A stretch of 64,000 nt of DNA from Perkinsela sp. CCAP 1560/9 (taxonomy: Eukaryota; Protista; Euglenozoa: Kinetoplastea), in contig CBFFSA010000003.1 of NCBI GenBank assembly GCA_965644495.1, forward strand, positions 310,001 through 374,000, in the 5' to 3' direction. The notes under the pieces were generated by a model, which saw only the letters and a list, made by a program, of their open reading frames with translations, did not search any database and was not told the origin of the DNA. The first letter of the stretch is position 1, and the number at the start of each line of letters is the position of its first letter. The position numbers and the translations under genes were made by a program. Shown one piece after another: positions 43,703 to 54,749 of this stretch.

Positions 43703-44918
43703 GGGACAGGATCACCAAATACAAAAAATAAAAAAAAAACAAAGACAAGAAAAAAAGAAAAAAAAACTAAGACAAAAAAAAAAAGAGCGGTCCTGGGGTT
43801 TGGAGGTTGTCCCTATAATTTTGGAAGGTTATGGATGTTAATCGGTTAACAGGCTTTATTCTCACGCCTTGTTTCCTTTTCGGAAGCAAGGTTCCCCAAT
43901 GTGAGGTAAATATGAGTAAAGGTTTCCTTTACTCAACGATTAGCGCCTTAATGTTTTTTGACCGCGTCACTGTTGACACGGCCGTACACCACGCCTAGTT
44001 GCTCCACACTTCTAGGTCCCAAGTTGGTGCATGGGCAGAGGTTGAAAGCGTAACCTGTTTAGCTCGTGTGAGCTTGTAAAGGGCGTGGCAGTGGACTGGT
44101 CATCTATTGCTATCGTTATCCTTTTGTGAGTTCTGGGAAGTTTGAAGCAATCTTACTATGTGAATGGGCATTGCTTTTGTCATTTATATTTGATTGTGTG
44201 ACGTGTGTGTGGGCAGGTTGGCCGAGGGTTCCGGTGGGGGGGAACCCCGTTAACAACGTGACATTGAATGTTTTTGTTCTATGCAGGCGTGTTTCCTTTT
44301 ATCTGTGTTTGTGCGTGTAAATTATCTACGATATGTTTTGGTACAATTTGAGAGTAAGATTGGATTATTCATACTTGTTTATTTATATATGTTTGTTTAT
44401 TCATATATGTTTTCATGTATATGTTTCCAGGGAGCCCCTCGGCGTGGATTTCTAATAGTCCACGTTTTGAAATTTAGCCGAGGGGCTGTTATGTATTTGC
44501 CTGCTGGCCCTTCGGGGCACATAATTTCTTCAAATTATGATTTGTGATCTATAATTACATGGATATTTTACTATTTCTGATATATCCTTGTTAGGTTGTT
44601 GCTTCTACTACGTTTAAGTTTTTGTGCCCACCCACCAAACCCCCAGCCATTTGGCCGAGGGTTCCGGTGGGGGGGAACCCCGTTAACAACGTGACATTGA
44701 ATATTTTTGTTCTATGCAGGCGTGTTTCCTTTTATCTGTGTTTGTGCGTGTGAATTATCTACGATATGTTTTGGTACAATTTGAGAGTAAGATTGGATTA
44801 TTCATACTTGTTTATTTATATATGTTTGTTTATTCATATATGTTTTCATGTATATGTTTCCAGGGAGCCCCTCGGCGTGGATTTCAGATTTTATTCTCGC
44901 TTTACGAACAAAAAAGAA

Positions 44919-47900
44919 ATGGTACTACCGTCTACGAGGGATTTAGTTGCGCGTACTCGGAGCAGCTCTCCGTTAGAAAGTCTACATCGTGAGGAATCGC
45001 AACGCGAAGAACAACGTGAAGATGGAGGTCGAAAAAACCCGTTGAACGTCAATCGTATGCGTGCCATTTGTACTCGAATTCGGGAGTTCCTTATGTTGAT
45101 GCCGGGAGAAAGTCCCGCTCTTGGCATTACCGCGGAGTGGAAACGGAAAGACTCGCCTAATTCAGAGATTCGTAAGACGACGGCAAAAGTTAGCAAGGAA
45201 GGTTTGGACCTATGGGCTCTCTGGGAAAATGAAGCAAGTAAGGAATATCCGTTTCCGCATCCTGACATGAATTATTATGATATTGAAATTGATTCGGAAA
45301 TTAACCAGGAACAAGTGGAAGAGGAAGCCCAAGCGGAGAATGAGATTGGTGAGCACATGGACCCCAATAATTTGGATCCGTACGAGCCCATCACTTTCGA
45401 GGGGCTCAAGCACTTTGGGGCTCAAGCAATCCTCACTGAAGTTGTACAAAAAGCATTGCGCGGCAATGAACCAGTCTTTTTAGGATTCATCGACTTTCAA
45501 AGCGCTTTTCCATCTGTCTCGCATGATACTATAGCAGATGCCTTAGAAGCCTTTTCTGTTCCTCCAATGTTGCGTAGAATGATTTTGGCTACCTACGAAT
45601 CACCCACTGGTCATGTAAAAACAGATTTTGGTTACACAAAAAGTTTTGAAATCTCGTCTGGAGTACTGCAAGGGGACGTGCTTGCACCGTTTCTCTTCAT
45701 TATGTGTCTAGACAGAATTCTGGCTCTGGCAATGAAAAACCCGAATTATGGACTGACTCTGTTTTCTACAGGAACCAAAAGCCGAGGTGTTTCAAAGCTG
45801 CGTATCACTGACGTTGATTACGCAGATGATGTTGTGTTCTTTGCAGCAACGCGTGAAACGCTTCGGGACATGATGATAGCACTTGTCGAGGTAGCAAAAA
45901 ATGCAGGCCTGAAAGTTAATGTTGGTCCTACGAAAACGGCATGGATGGTAATAGGCAGGAAGACAAGCCAAATGCGCTATGAAGACATTAGTCTTCCTGA
46001 ACAAGGTGTTGTACCTAAAGTGGATTCGTATCGCTATCTGGGTCATTTAAAGCATGAAACAAAGAAGCAGCTGACATTCAAGATCGATTGCAGATAACAT
46101 GGAGAGCATTTCATCAATTAAAACCCCTCTGGAATATGCAACTCTCCGTGGCACTACGCCTCAAAATTTTCAACGTATTGGTGTCATCCGTGCTGGTGTA
46201 TGGGGCTGCCTCGCTTGTACCAACTCAACAGGAATTGAATACCATCGACATAGAAGTGAATAAAATGCGTCGGATAGCAACAGGAACGCCGCTCTGGGAT
46301 GGACATAGTCGTACCCCAACGGACGCCCTATACAGAGGTGACCCGCGATTTTCAACAGTTTTGAAAATCAATAGAGCGAAACTAGTAGGTCACCTACTGC
46401 GGCATGATTCTCCTTTTCATCACGTCATGATGTGGGTACCGAGAGACTGTGCACGAATAAAATCACTATCCGAAGCTTGTGCTGACGACATAGGAATTGA
46501 CGTTCTGGACATGCAAGAACGTGCACAAGACAGGATCTCGTGGCGCAATTCTGTTCAAAGCCTATACGCTAAACTGGAGCCAACTGCACGATATAACTAC
46601 AACCAGATTTCCACAGCGAAGAGGGAGAAGGATGTCGCAAAAATCATAGGCTCACAGATGAATTTACTCGAAAAGTGGAAAGCATTACAATTTCAAGAGG
46701 AGGGTGCTGTTTTGTGGCCATATGGCAGTTTTATTCACATTTATTGCGATGGATCTGTTCGAAAATTGAACAACGTTTCCTATGCGGGGGCAGCAGCTGT
46801 TGCCGTCAAAAATGGTAGCATTGGTGCTACCAAAGTAAAGAAATTGATGGGAAGCGCAACATCCATTCGAGCAGAGCTTAAGGCCTTTCTTCTCTCTTTG
46901 TCCATGGGTCAGAATTTCAATGCATTGTTTGTAATACATGTCGATTGTTTGTACATGTCGATTCCGAGTATGTCTGGAAATTTTGGCATTGCCAACGCGT
47001 AGCTTTTCAGCTGGATAATTACGCCGACTTCCCGAATGCAGATATCCTATGTCAAATACAAGAACAAGCGGCCAAAATACTTGAAACATGCGAAATTTTT
47101 GTTGTTAAAGTTAGAGGGCACATAGGCAATCCCATGAACGACTTAGCTGACAAGCTAGCTTCTGAAGTGGCAACAGTAGAAGCAATAACGAACGACGGGC
47201 CATACTTTCAGCTACCTACCCTGCTCAACTGGCAAGGATTAACTAAAACGCCAGCTCGTGAAATAAAATCGGAATGCGGCCACAAATGCAAAGACAAGCG
47301 AGTGTGCCTCCATAAATGCTGCAAGAGACATTTTCCAACAGGCTAGGAAGTCGCGTTTAGTGTTTAATGTTTGAAGTCATGATTGATAGACTCCTCACCA
47401 CTAAGAACAAAGTGGTACATTATTATTATTATATCACTTTCGAGGCATGGATTATGTCGGCGGACAAATTCAAAGTGCGAGATTTGATACGGGAGTTGAA
47501 AGATGCGCCTGAATTCGGTTTACGCATAAATCAATTCTTTGTGGATCGAACCTTTATCAAACAACAAGAACGGAATTTTGAGAACCTTTTCGTAAAGTGG
47601 ATCATCTACGCTCGACAAACCCCGAATTGGAACAAAGGCACATATCTGGAAATCGGTAAAGGTATCATACAACTCTTACGAGACTCATACTGGAAGGCAC
47701 GAAGAATGGATGTGGAAGCGGTGCACCAGAAAATGAGCAAAGATGAACGTCCTCAAGATAAATTTTACCAGCACATTGCAGAGCAGATGGAGGAGCGTAA
47801 CAAGCAGTGGAACAAAAGTGTGTCTATGCGAGGACGGGGACGAGGATTTCGCGGTGGAATGACCAGTTATCGAGGGCGAAGCTACGCTCAGAATGAATTA

Positions 47901-48023
47901 TTATGCTATCATTGTCGTGAACCGGGGCATATGCAACGATTTTGTCCTGCATTGAAGAAAGAACAAGAGAATTTTCGTCGCAGGGTGTCTGGCCCTGCCG
48001 AACAAGGCAGCAAAAGGTATTAG
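44919..48023 (+). pseudogene. Gag of element 2, split by the LINE insertion (44919-45402 + 47446-48023)
   Basis: YPFPHPDMNY, PYEPITFE|AWI rejoined across the TSD; CYHCREPGHMQRFC. Confidence 0.85.
45403..47432 (+). mobile_element. 5'-truncated non-LTR retrotransposon with RT and RNase H, frameshifted
   Basis: 13-bp TSD ATCACTTTCGAGG (45390-45402, 47433-47445); (TAT)n tail; FIDFQSAFPSVSH, GVLQGDVLAPFLF, YADD, YRYLG; RNase H YCDGS, RAELKA, KVRGHIGNPMNDLADKLA. Confidence 0.92.
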
Positions 48024-50791
48024 GAATACCACACCCAAACGGCCAGTATGAAATCTGCAAGAACATCGCGAGGAAACAAGAAACGTTTATTGAACCAGAA
48101 ACCAATCAATCTGCAAGTAACAAACAAGAGGAAGCCAGCAAGCACTTTCGAACGAATCTCGAAACATCGAAAGCTGGATGCACCATGTGTGAAATGCACG
48201 AAAGGCAGACCGCTCTCTTCTATGAAATTGTATGGAGGTACTTTGAGCTTACAAACCAATTGGCATGCAAAGCAGGATTTGCTGAAGCACATGATAGGAA
48301 TAAAAGAAATTACACCTCAAATCAAATACGCCATGGATGCGATGTCCCAGACATGGACGAACAGCACATGGAACACAAGAAGCAGGCTATGGGAAAAATT
48401 GAGCACATTTTGCCAGTGGCGAAACATAGATGTCAATCCGATTCATGCTGTAGCGTTCTTAACACAGCTGCCGATAGCGTTCCAAACAAAGTTGACGTAC
48501 GCCAGGAACTTACAAACATTGCTCAACCTCATGACAGCAAACACACTACCCCTAAAGCTATATTGCCGCGCACTACAAGAACAGGGATCCGAAGAACCAA
48601 TCCACCAAATGAAGCCATTAACACCAGAGCTATTAAAACACACCAGAAGCCGGTTACCTCACCGAGAAAGTCTTGCGCTTCTGCTGTCGTGGAAACCAGC
48701 GGCACGATGGTCCGAAACAGCGGCTCTGACAAGGGACAGATTTGTGGAGGTGAACAATCATCAAGTAGTCATATGGTGGGGGAGAATGACGAAAGCTTCA
48801 CGATAAAATCCTTACCGGCGGTCGATGTACACAGTTGTGACGGGACCCGGTACATCAGAGATAGCAAATTTTGTAAGGACCTTAAAGCGGCACCAACCCT
48901 TGACAGAAACGACAGTAAGACAAATGGACCGTCTTTTAGTCCAAATACTGGGGCCAGGATACGGCACCCATTCAGTGAAACGCGGCGCAGTTACTCATCT
49001 GTTCAAAGAAGTGGCCAAGGGAGAAATATCTTTGGAAACGGTGCAAACGCTAGCCAAGCATCAGGAAGTAAGCTCTCTACTCAGGTACAATGCGGATCCC
49101 ATAACGACAGCGTTGGCCCTCGGAACACAACAAGCCACGCAGAAGCTGCCGACGCATTAGAGGAGGAGCAAGCATACCGCCAGTTTATGCGGGATATCCC
49201 GTATATCAAGACCAAGTATACAATATTACGAACGAGAAGGTCTTCTAAAGTTGCAAGTAAGGTTGACATGAAAATTCCTTTGCATGTAAAACATGGAATT
49301 CCACGTATGGACGTGGATAAAGTATTTGACTTAATGAACAATGAGGCCAAAGAAAGGTATAATAAGTTGTGGAAGATGATATGCTCGACCGAGGGTTCTG
49401 TAAGCGTAGGCAGTCATGGAATTCAGGACAAATCAGTTTCGACTATGTTCTTGTGCGACAGCGATGTGATGAGTTTGATAGAAACGGGCGTTGTGTCCAA
49501 GGTAACGCCGGAAGACCTTACATCACGACCGACCATTCAAATCATTTTACTATTTACTGTTATTGAAACCGATGAGCATGACACACTTGAACGTCGTCGA
49601 TTTATTGCATGGTGTAAGGAGGATAATGAACGATTAAAAGATTTGTACGTCCCGTATGTGCCGTTGCGACATGGATCATACTATCTACATCGGGCTAGTT
49701 ACGAGTTTGGACTAAAGAGAGATCTTGCGTGTGGCTTCTATCAAATACGACTTCCCGAACATGCACGTGCCAAATTTAGGTTCTCAGATAAGGAAGGAGC
49801 GACATACGAATTAAATGTATTGCCCATGGGGCACAGATGTGCCCCAGAACTAATGCACATGATCACAGCTGCTCTCGCAGGCGACCCCAATTACTGCAAC
49901 ACAGAACAAAGCTTTACAACAAGTGCTTTGGATATATACATTGATGGATTTCGGTGTGCAGGGGATTACGATGCAGTCAAGAAGTTCGGAGATTTTGTCG
50001 ATAAAAGGGCAGTTTTCATTGGGGCAAAATATAAGGATGCAGAAGAAGAACCTAAAAAACAATACGTCTTTAATGGCGTGCACTATGATCGTCGTACTGC
50101 GAAAGTTTGTCTGGCGCCAAAAATTATTCATCGGTTATCAAAGGATATCTACTTTGGAATTTCGTATGGACAGTTGGAGTCATCTGTAGGAAGATTACTT
50201 CACGCATCAATGGTTTTGGGGAAATCGATTCCGGAGCATCATTTTACTTTGAAGTTAGTAAGAAGGCGCATTAACGCTTTAAACCGTGATCCAAAACTTT
50301 TGTACGAACTGAGCCCTCTGCCGTATGCCGCTCGGATGGATCTTCAGGAGTGGACTCAAAGTATGGTCCACAACACGCCCATTTACCCTCCCCCACGCCC
50401 CGATACGGTCCCGCACTGCCATACACTTTTTACAGATGCTTCGTCGCACGGGTGGGGAGCGGTGTTGTATTTGGATCATGGACAGGTTGTGATCGCAGGT
50501 GAAAAGTGGCCAGATGACTTTGATTACGAAGTTAATAAAGCAGAAGCAAGAGCTGTTTCGAAAGCTTTTCAAAAATTCGATCAGTACTTTCGGGGAGGTA
50601 CTTGTGTTAAACTATTCGTGGATAACACATCATGCGTGTCTGCAATAAATCGAAAAATTACTTCGTCAGACGGCATAGCAGAAGAGCTGCGAAAGATATT
50701 GGGCTTCTTAAACAGGAAAGACATGGCAGTTGACTGCTCATATGTGCACACATTGAAGAATCCGGCCGATGCACTGAGCCGAGGGCTATGA
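47942..50791 (+). CDS. Pol (overprinted linker + RT + RNase H) of element 2
   Basis: KRDLACGFYQI, LPMGHRCAPE, YIDG, FTDASSHGWG, VDN, NPADALSR. Confidence 0.9.
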   Translation: MSCIEERTREFSSQGVWPCRTRQQKVLGIPHPNGQYEICKNIARKQETFIEPETNQSASNKQEEASKHFRTNLETSKAGCTMCEMHERQTALFYEIVWRYFELTNQLACKAGFAEAHDRNKRNYTSNQIRHGCDVPDMDEQHMEHKKQAMGKIEHILPVAKHRCQSDSCCSVLNTAADSVPNKVDVRQELTNIAQPHDSKHTTPKAILPRTTRTGIRRTNPPNEAINTRAIKTHQKPVTSPRKSCASAVVETSGTMVRNSGSDKGQICGGEQSSSSHMVGENDESFTIKSLPAVDVHSCDGTRYIRDSKFCKDLKAAPTLDRNDSKTNGPSFSPNTGARIRHPFSETRRSYSSVQRSGQGRNIFGNGANASQASGSKLSTQVQCGSHNDSVGPRNTTSHAEAADALEEEQAYRQFMRDIPYIKTKYTILRTRRSSKVASKVDMKIPLHVKHGIPRMDVDKVFDLMNNEAKERYNKLWKMICSTEGSVSVGSHGIQDKSVSTMFLCDSDVMSLIETGVVSKVTPEDLTSRPTIQIILLFTVIETDEHDTLERRRFIAWCKEDNERLKDLYVPYVPLRHGSYYLHRASYEFGLKRDLACGFYQIRLPEHARAKFRFSDKEGATYELNVLPMGHRCAPELMHMITAALAGDPNYCNTEQSFTTSALDIYIDGFRCAGDYDAVKKFGDFVDKRAVFIGAKYKDAEEEPKKQYVFNGVHYDRRTAKVCLAPKIIHRLSKDIYFGISYGQLESSVGRLLHASMVLGKSIPEHHFTLKLVRRRINALNRDPKLLYELSPLPYAARMDLQEWTQSMVHNTPIYPPPRPDTVPHCHTLFTDASSHGWGAVLYLDHGQVVIAGEKWPDDFDYEVNKAEARAVSKAFQKFDQYFRGGTCVKLFVDNTSCVSAINRKITSSDGIAEELRKILGFLNRKDMAVDCSYVHTLKNPADALSRGL
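48048..49160 (+). pseudogene. Tyrosine recombinase of element 2 with a premature TAA at 48804-48806
   Basis: AARWSETAAL, HSVKRGA, AKH, LLRY; stop replaces the residue that is L in RLNPYR of element 1. Confidence 0.85.
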
Positions 50792-51086
50792 TAGAGAAGT
50801 AGTTGTCGAAAACTTTTTTCAATTAGTATTTTCAAAGCGTGAGGTTCACATCATTAGGATATAAATTTACAATACGTTTTTTCATAATTAAAGAATTCTA
50901 TTTTTCTGTAAACTTGTGTTAGTAATTATACTCGGAAAGTCAGGTAATCGTTCAGTTCAAAGATATGATTTTATTGAACATTAGAAACCATTTCCATAAG
51001 TTAAAAGTTTCACAACACCATCTACCCTACGCCGCGTTCCTACTACTACATCGGAAGATGATGCAAGACTGCCTTTTGCTGATGCA

Positions 51087-52196
51087 TTGCTTAACCTGTT
51101 GGAAAAATTTGATGATCTCAGCGCAACCGTTAAAAAGCTTGGCGAGCAGCAGCTAGAACAAGGAAAAGCTATGGATGAGCGGTTACGTGGAATTGAAGCA
51201 AAGAAAATCGTGTCTTTTCGTACGAACGATTCAATTGGATCGCGGCCCCGATCTGATCAATCTAATCCCGCTGAAAGTACACAGCCGACTGAACGAAGAC
51301 TCCCAATTTCTCCTCTGTCTGATGAGATAATTAAACAACGCATTCAAGAGATATCAGATACATTGAAGCTTAATGAAGTGAAGGTAGAGATTTCCTGGTT
51401 TAATACTTCCCAAGGCCCACAGTCGATCGAAATCTGGCGCGGCGAACCTGAAGTACTGGAGGATGTGCACGGAAACCTTACCATGCAGATAGCTTACGAG
51501 AACGGAGCAATTCTTCCTTTACCGAATCAAGGGGTATCGTACACCCGCATTTCAATAACTCCACGAGTACAAGAGACAGAACCGAGTGTAGCAACAGAAA
51601 TATTTCGCATACATGACATTATGACGTGGAACATTTACTTTCAGTCTGCATCCGAGTTTGCGTCCCAAATGCTTCTACAACAGATCCAAGACGAATTAAA
51701 GCTTCCCATAAATCGACCTCAGCACATCGACGAAGCTTGGGAGGCCCTGAAGTTATACGTTCAAGACACCTTTCTTCGGGGTGGAATTGATGCAGTAAAG
51801 AATGCACCCCATGCCCAGAGAGGACAACAAGCGGTAGATCACCTCAGAATTCTCCTAGCCGAACTACGTGGAGGTGACGGACGTTACATCCGAACACAAT
51901 GTCGGATCGACAGAAACCCAAACGATAAACTCGGTAACACTATCGATAAGGCGCTCAATTTTTCGCGATCACGTACTACAAATCGTACTTATGGGTCGTA
52001 TCGAGGCCGAAATTTTAATTATAACACACGTGATGGGAAATACGCACCCAACAACAGTCAGTACGTTCCCCGCGGAAGAGGACAACACAATCATCCTAGC
52101 TATGAACGAGGTCAGTATAATCCATCATACAACCAGACGCAGGTACGAAGTCGATCGCAGGATTTCGATCGACGGGGGCCTGGCGGAAGCAAGTGA
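51087..52196 (+). CDS. Gag-like ORF of element 3 (RG/Y/N-rich tail, no CCHC); start uncertain
   Basis: Position between A1 and YR; weak similarity (LPNQGVSY, DHLRI, RNPNDKLG) to the gags of elements 1 and 2. Confidence 0.7.
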   Translation: MLNLLEKFDDLSATVKKLGEQQLEQGKAMDERLRGIEAKKIVSFRTNDSIGSRPRSDQSNPAESTQPTERRLPISPLSDEIIKQRIQEISDTLKLNEVKVEISWFNTSQGPQSIEIWRGEPEVLEDVHGNLTMQIAYENGAILPLPNQGVSYTRISITPRVQETEPSVATEIFRIHDIMTWNIYFQSASEFASQMLLQQIQDELKLPINRPQHIDEAWEALKLYVQDTFLRGGIDAVKNAPHAQRGQQAVDHLRILLAELRGGDGRYIRTQCRIDRNPNDKLGNTIDKALNFSRSRTTNRTYGSYRGRNFNYNTRDGKYAPNNSQYVPRGRGQHNHPSYERGQYNPSYNQTQVRSRSQDFDRRGPGGSK

Positions 52197-52271
52197 CTAA
52201 ATACAGTCCGCCCCCATGGGAAAAGCCAGTTAAAAAGCGGCATCACGCCGATAGTCAGTACAAAAGTAAGT

Positions 52272-53480
52272 ATGGAATCGGGTACATTCGTAATTCTCAA
52301 CAAACCGATTGCAAACATAAAGTCAGTAAAACCGAACCTAAGAAAGAATATTCTAGAAACAATGTGTTCGGTCAAGCGGCAGCGCCTAAATATCCGCCGA
52401 GCACAGGTACCTTTAAACGCACAAGAAACATGTCCACCAAAGCAATATATTTATGTTCCATTCAGCCATATGAGCGCGCAGTCGATGAATCGGAAAAGAT
52501 TGGAACAAAATGGGGAAAACAATCATCCAGCGAACGAAGCACCGCGAGTCTCGACGAGGCCCGCTGCAAAAAAATTTCTACCCAGCTCACGAATAAAGAG
52601 CAATCTAACAACATGGGAGGATCGTGCGGAGTTTCTCTTAAAGAATTTTCTAAGAGTACGAATACCAAGCACCAGGAAGGCACTCCTTCATATGTGGGCA
52701 CCAACGACGTGGACAACGAGACTAAGGTTAGTGAAGAATCTCGTCGAACAAACGGGAAAAATCGACGACGACAATATCGTCGCATATATTCGTTCCATGG
52801 CGGTTACGAACCAAACCCGGAGTGTATATCTTCGCCATTTAATTGCGATAGCCAGCAGCCTAAACATTCCTGCGACAAGATCGAAAATGTATTGCAAGGC
52901 ACTGAGCAGACAAGGGGCATCGGTCCCGATTCATCAAGCGGAGCCCATTACGCCAGAACAAATTCTGCGCATTACACCGATGATGTCCGCCGAGATGGCC
53001 GCAATCACGATTCTGGCTTACAAAACTGCCTCCCGACTGGGCGAAGTTGCCCTCCTCAAGAAAAGCGATTTTATCTTAGTAACTCCAACGCGAATAGTTC
53101 TATACTGGGGAAGGAAAATGAAAACCTCCAAAGCCGAACCGTATCGACCGGATTCTTTCGCCGTAATAGAGGGGGCCCGTACGACTCAACTGTACAAGTA
53201 TCTGACAGCACTTCACCCCAACGATCGGTTATCGAACATCACAACAAATCAAGTGACTCAATTCCTGCAGGAGCGACTGGGACCAAAGTACTCATCCCAC
53301 TCTCTGAAGCATGGTGCGGTCAACACATTAATGAAGAGGGTGGCAACGGAGGAAATAAATCTGGACACAGTAATGAAATTAACGAACCACAAGCATCTTC
53401 CGACATTGCTCCGATATGCCGGAATAAACGAAAGCACCGCAATGGCCCTAGGTACACAAAACGCAACTCGGCTTCTTTAG
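52272..53480 (+). CDS. Tyrosine recombinase (element 3), in frame with gag behind TGA-CTA
   Basis: TASRLGEV, MKTSK, HSLKHGA (H in place of catalytic R), TNH, LLRY. Confidence 0.85.
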   Translation: MESGTFVILNKPIANIKSVKPNLRKNILETMCSVKRQRLNIRRAQVPLNAQETCPPKQYIYVPFSHMSAQSMNRKRLEQNGENNHPANEAPRVSTRPAAKKFLPSSRIKSNLTTWEDRAEFLLKNFLRVRIPSTRKALLHMWAPTTWTTRLRLVKNLVEQTGKIDDDNIVAYIRSMAVTNQTRSVYLRHLIAIASSLNIPATRSKMYCKALSRQGASVPIHQAEPITPEQILRITPMMSAEMAAITILAYKTASRLGEVALLKKSDFILVTPTRIVLYWGRKMKTSKAEPYRPDSFAVIEGARTTQLYKYLTALHPNDRLSNITTNQVTQFLQERLGPKYSSHSLKHGAVNTLMKRVATEEINLDTVMKLTNHKHLPTLLRYAGINESTAMALGTQNATRLL

Positions 53481-54749
53481 GTGAATCCTTGGACAAAAAG
53501 CAAGTGCCATTTAATTTGGCGAACACAGTGTGGCAACATGATGACGATGACGCATTGTGGGCCCCTAGACGAACATTCACTCGTATTAGGCGAAAAACCC
53601 CAAAAACCTACGAAATCAGAAATGGAATACCCTTTACACACGGACTCTCTTAATACTATGGACATTGGGGCGGCACGGAAACTAATGAAACCACAAGTAC
53701 GCGACCGATTTGATGAAGTTCGGAAACTCATAAACGAACCCCCTGTTACGGAGTATCAACTTCCCGAAAGTCATGAATTTACGTTGAGTCGACAAGATGT
53801 GCAAACTTTAGTTAAAGATGGGATACTACAGAAAGTAACTGAAGATGAGTTATATCGTAATCCTACGAAGGGATGTATTAAACCATTTACAACGGTTGAG
53901 CACCGCACTCAAGGTCCGCGCCGTCGATTTATCTGTTGGCCTGAGCGTCAGAATGCTGCGGTACAAGAAGTCTACCAGCCCGATCTTAAAATTAACCAAC
54001 CGTCAACCTACATTCCACGAATACAGTATTCGGGGGCGGTGAAGCGTGATCTGAAGTGTGGCTTTTTTCAAATTGATATACCACTATACGCCCGACCGTT
54101 CTACCGGTTTAAATATGAAGGCACTGTCTATCAAATGTCCCGCATGCCCATGGGGCACATGTGCGCGCCTGAGCTTCAGCATATCTTAACATCTGTTTTA
54201 TCAGGACATCCGGATTTCGTGGCATCTCCTTATCCCCAGGAGGGTGTGCTGGATGTTTACCTGGATGGGTTTCGATGGTGCGGATCGCATCAAGAACGAA
54301 AGGAATACGAAGTTTGGGTCGAACGTCGAGCTAGTCGTCTCCGTGCTACTTTTAAGCAAACAGATTCCGTCAACGCGAATCAGTATGAATTTCTGGGTGT
54401 CCAGTATGATCACGTGGCCAAGCGTTTCAAACTTACTGATCGATTTATGAAGAAGGTGCCCGATGACATACCCAACCAGTTACGTTATCACGAGTTAGAG
54501 AGCCTTACGGCACGGTTTATATATATGCCAGTGGTATACTTCGAGTAAACCTGCCTCAATATTATTGGGCGATAAAATACGCTCGTCGACAGATTTCGCG
54601 GTTAAACAAACGACTTATAGCTGACGAGACAATTAATTCTCCTCCCCCCTGTGTCACTTATCAATTTCAAAAGTGGATAAAGCTTGTAAAGCAGAATTCG
54701 TGGGTATTTTATAGACCGATACCGGAAGACACGCCGGCCGAAATATTTA

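Larger units (their letters stand above)
39366..44885 (+). mobile_element. YR retrotransposon 1 (VIPER/TATE-like gag-YR-RT/RH with split direct repeats); all ORFs intact
   Basis: A1 39366-39435, B1 44218-44452 (+ to 44556), A2 44557-44626, linker 44627-44650, B2 44651-44885; A and B pairs nearly identical. Confidence 0.92.
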
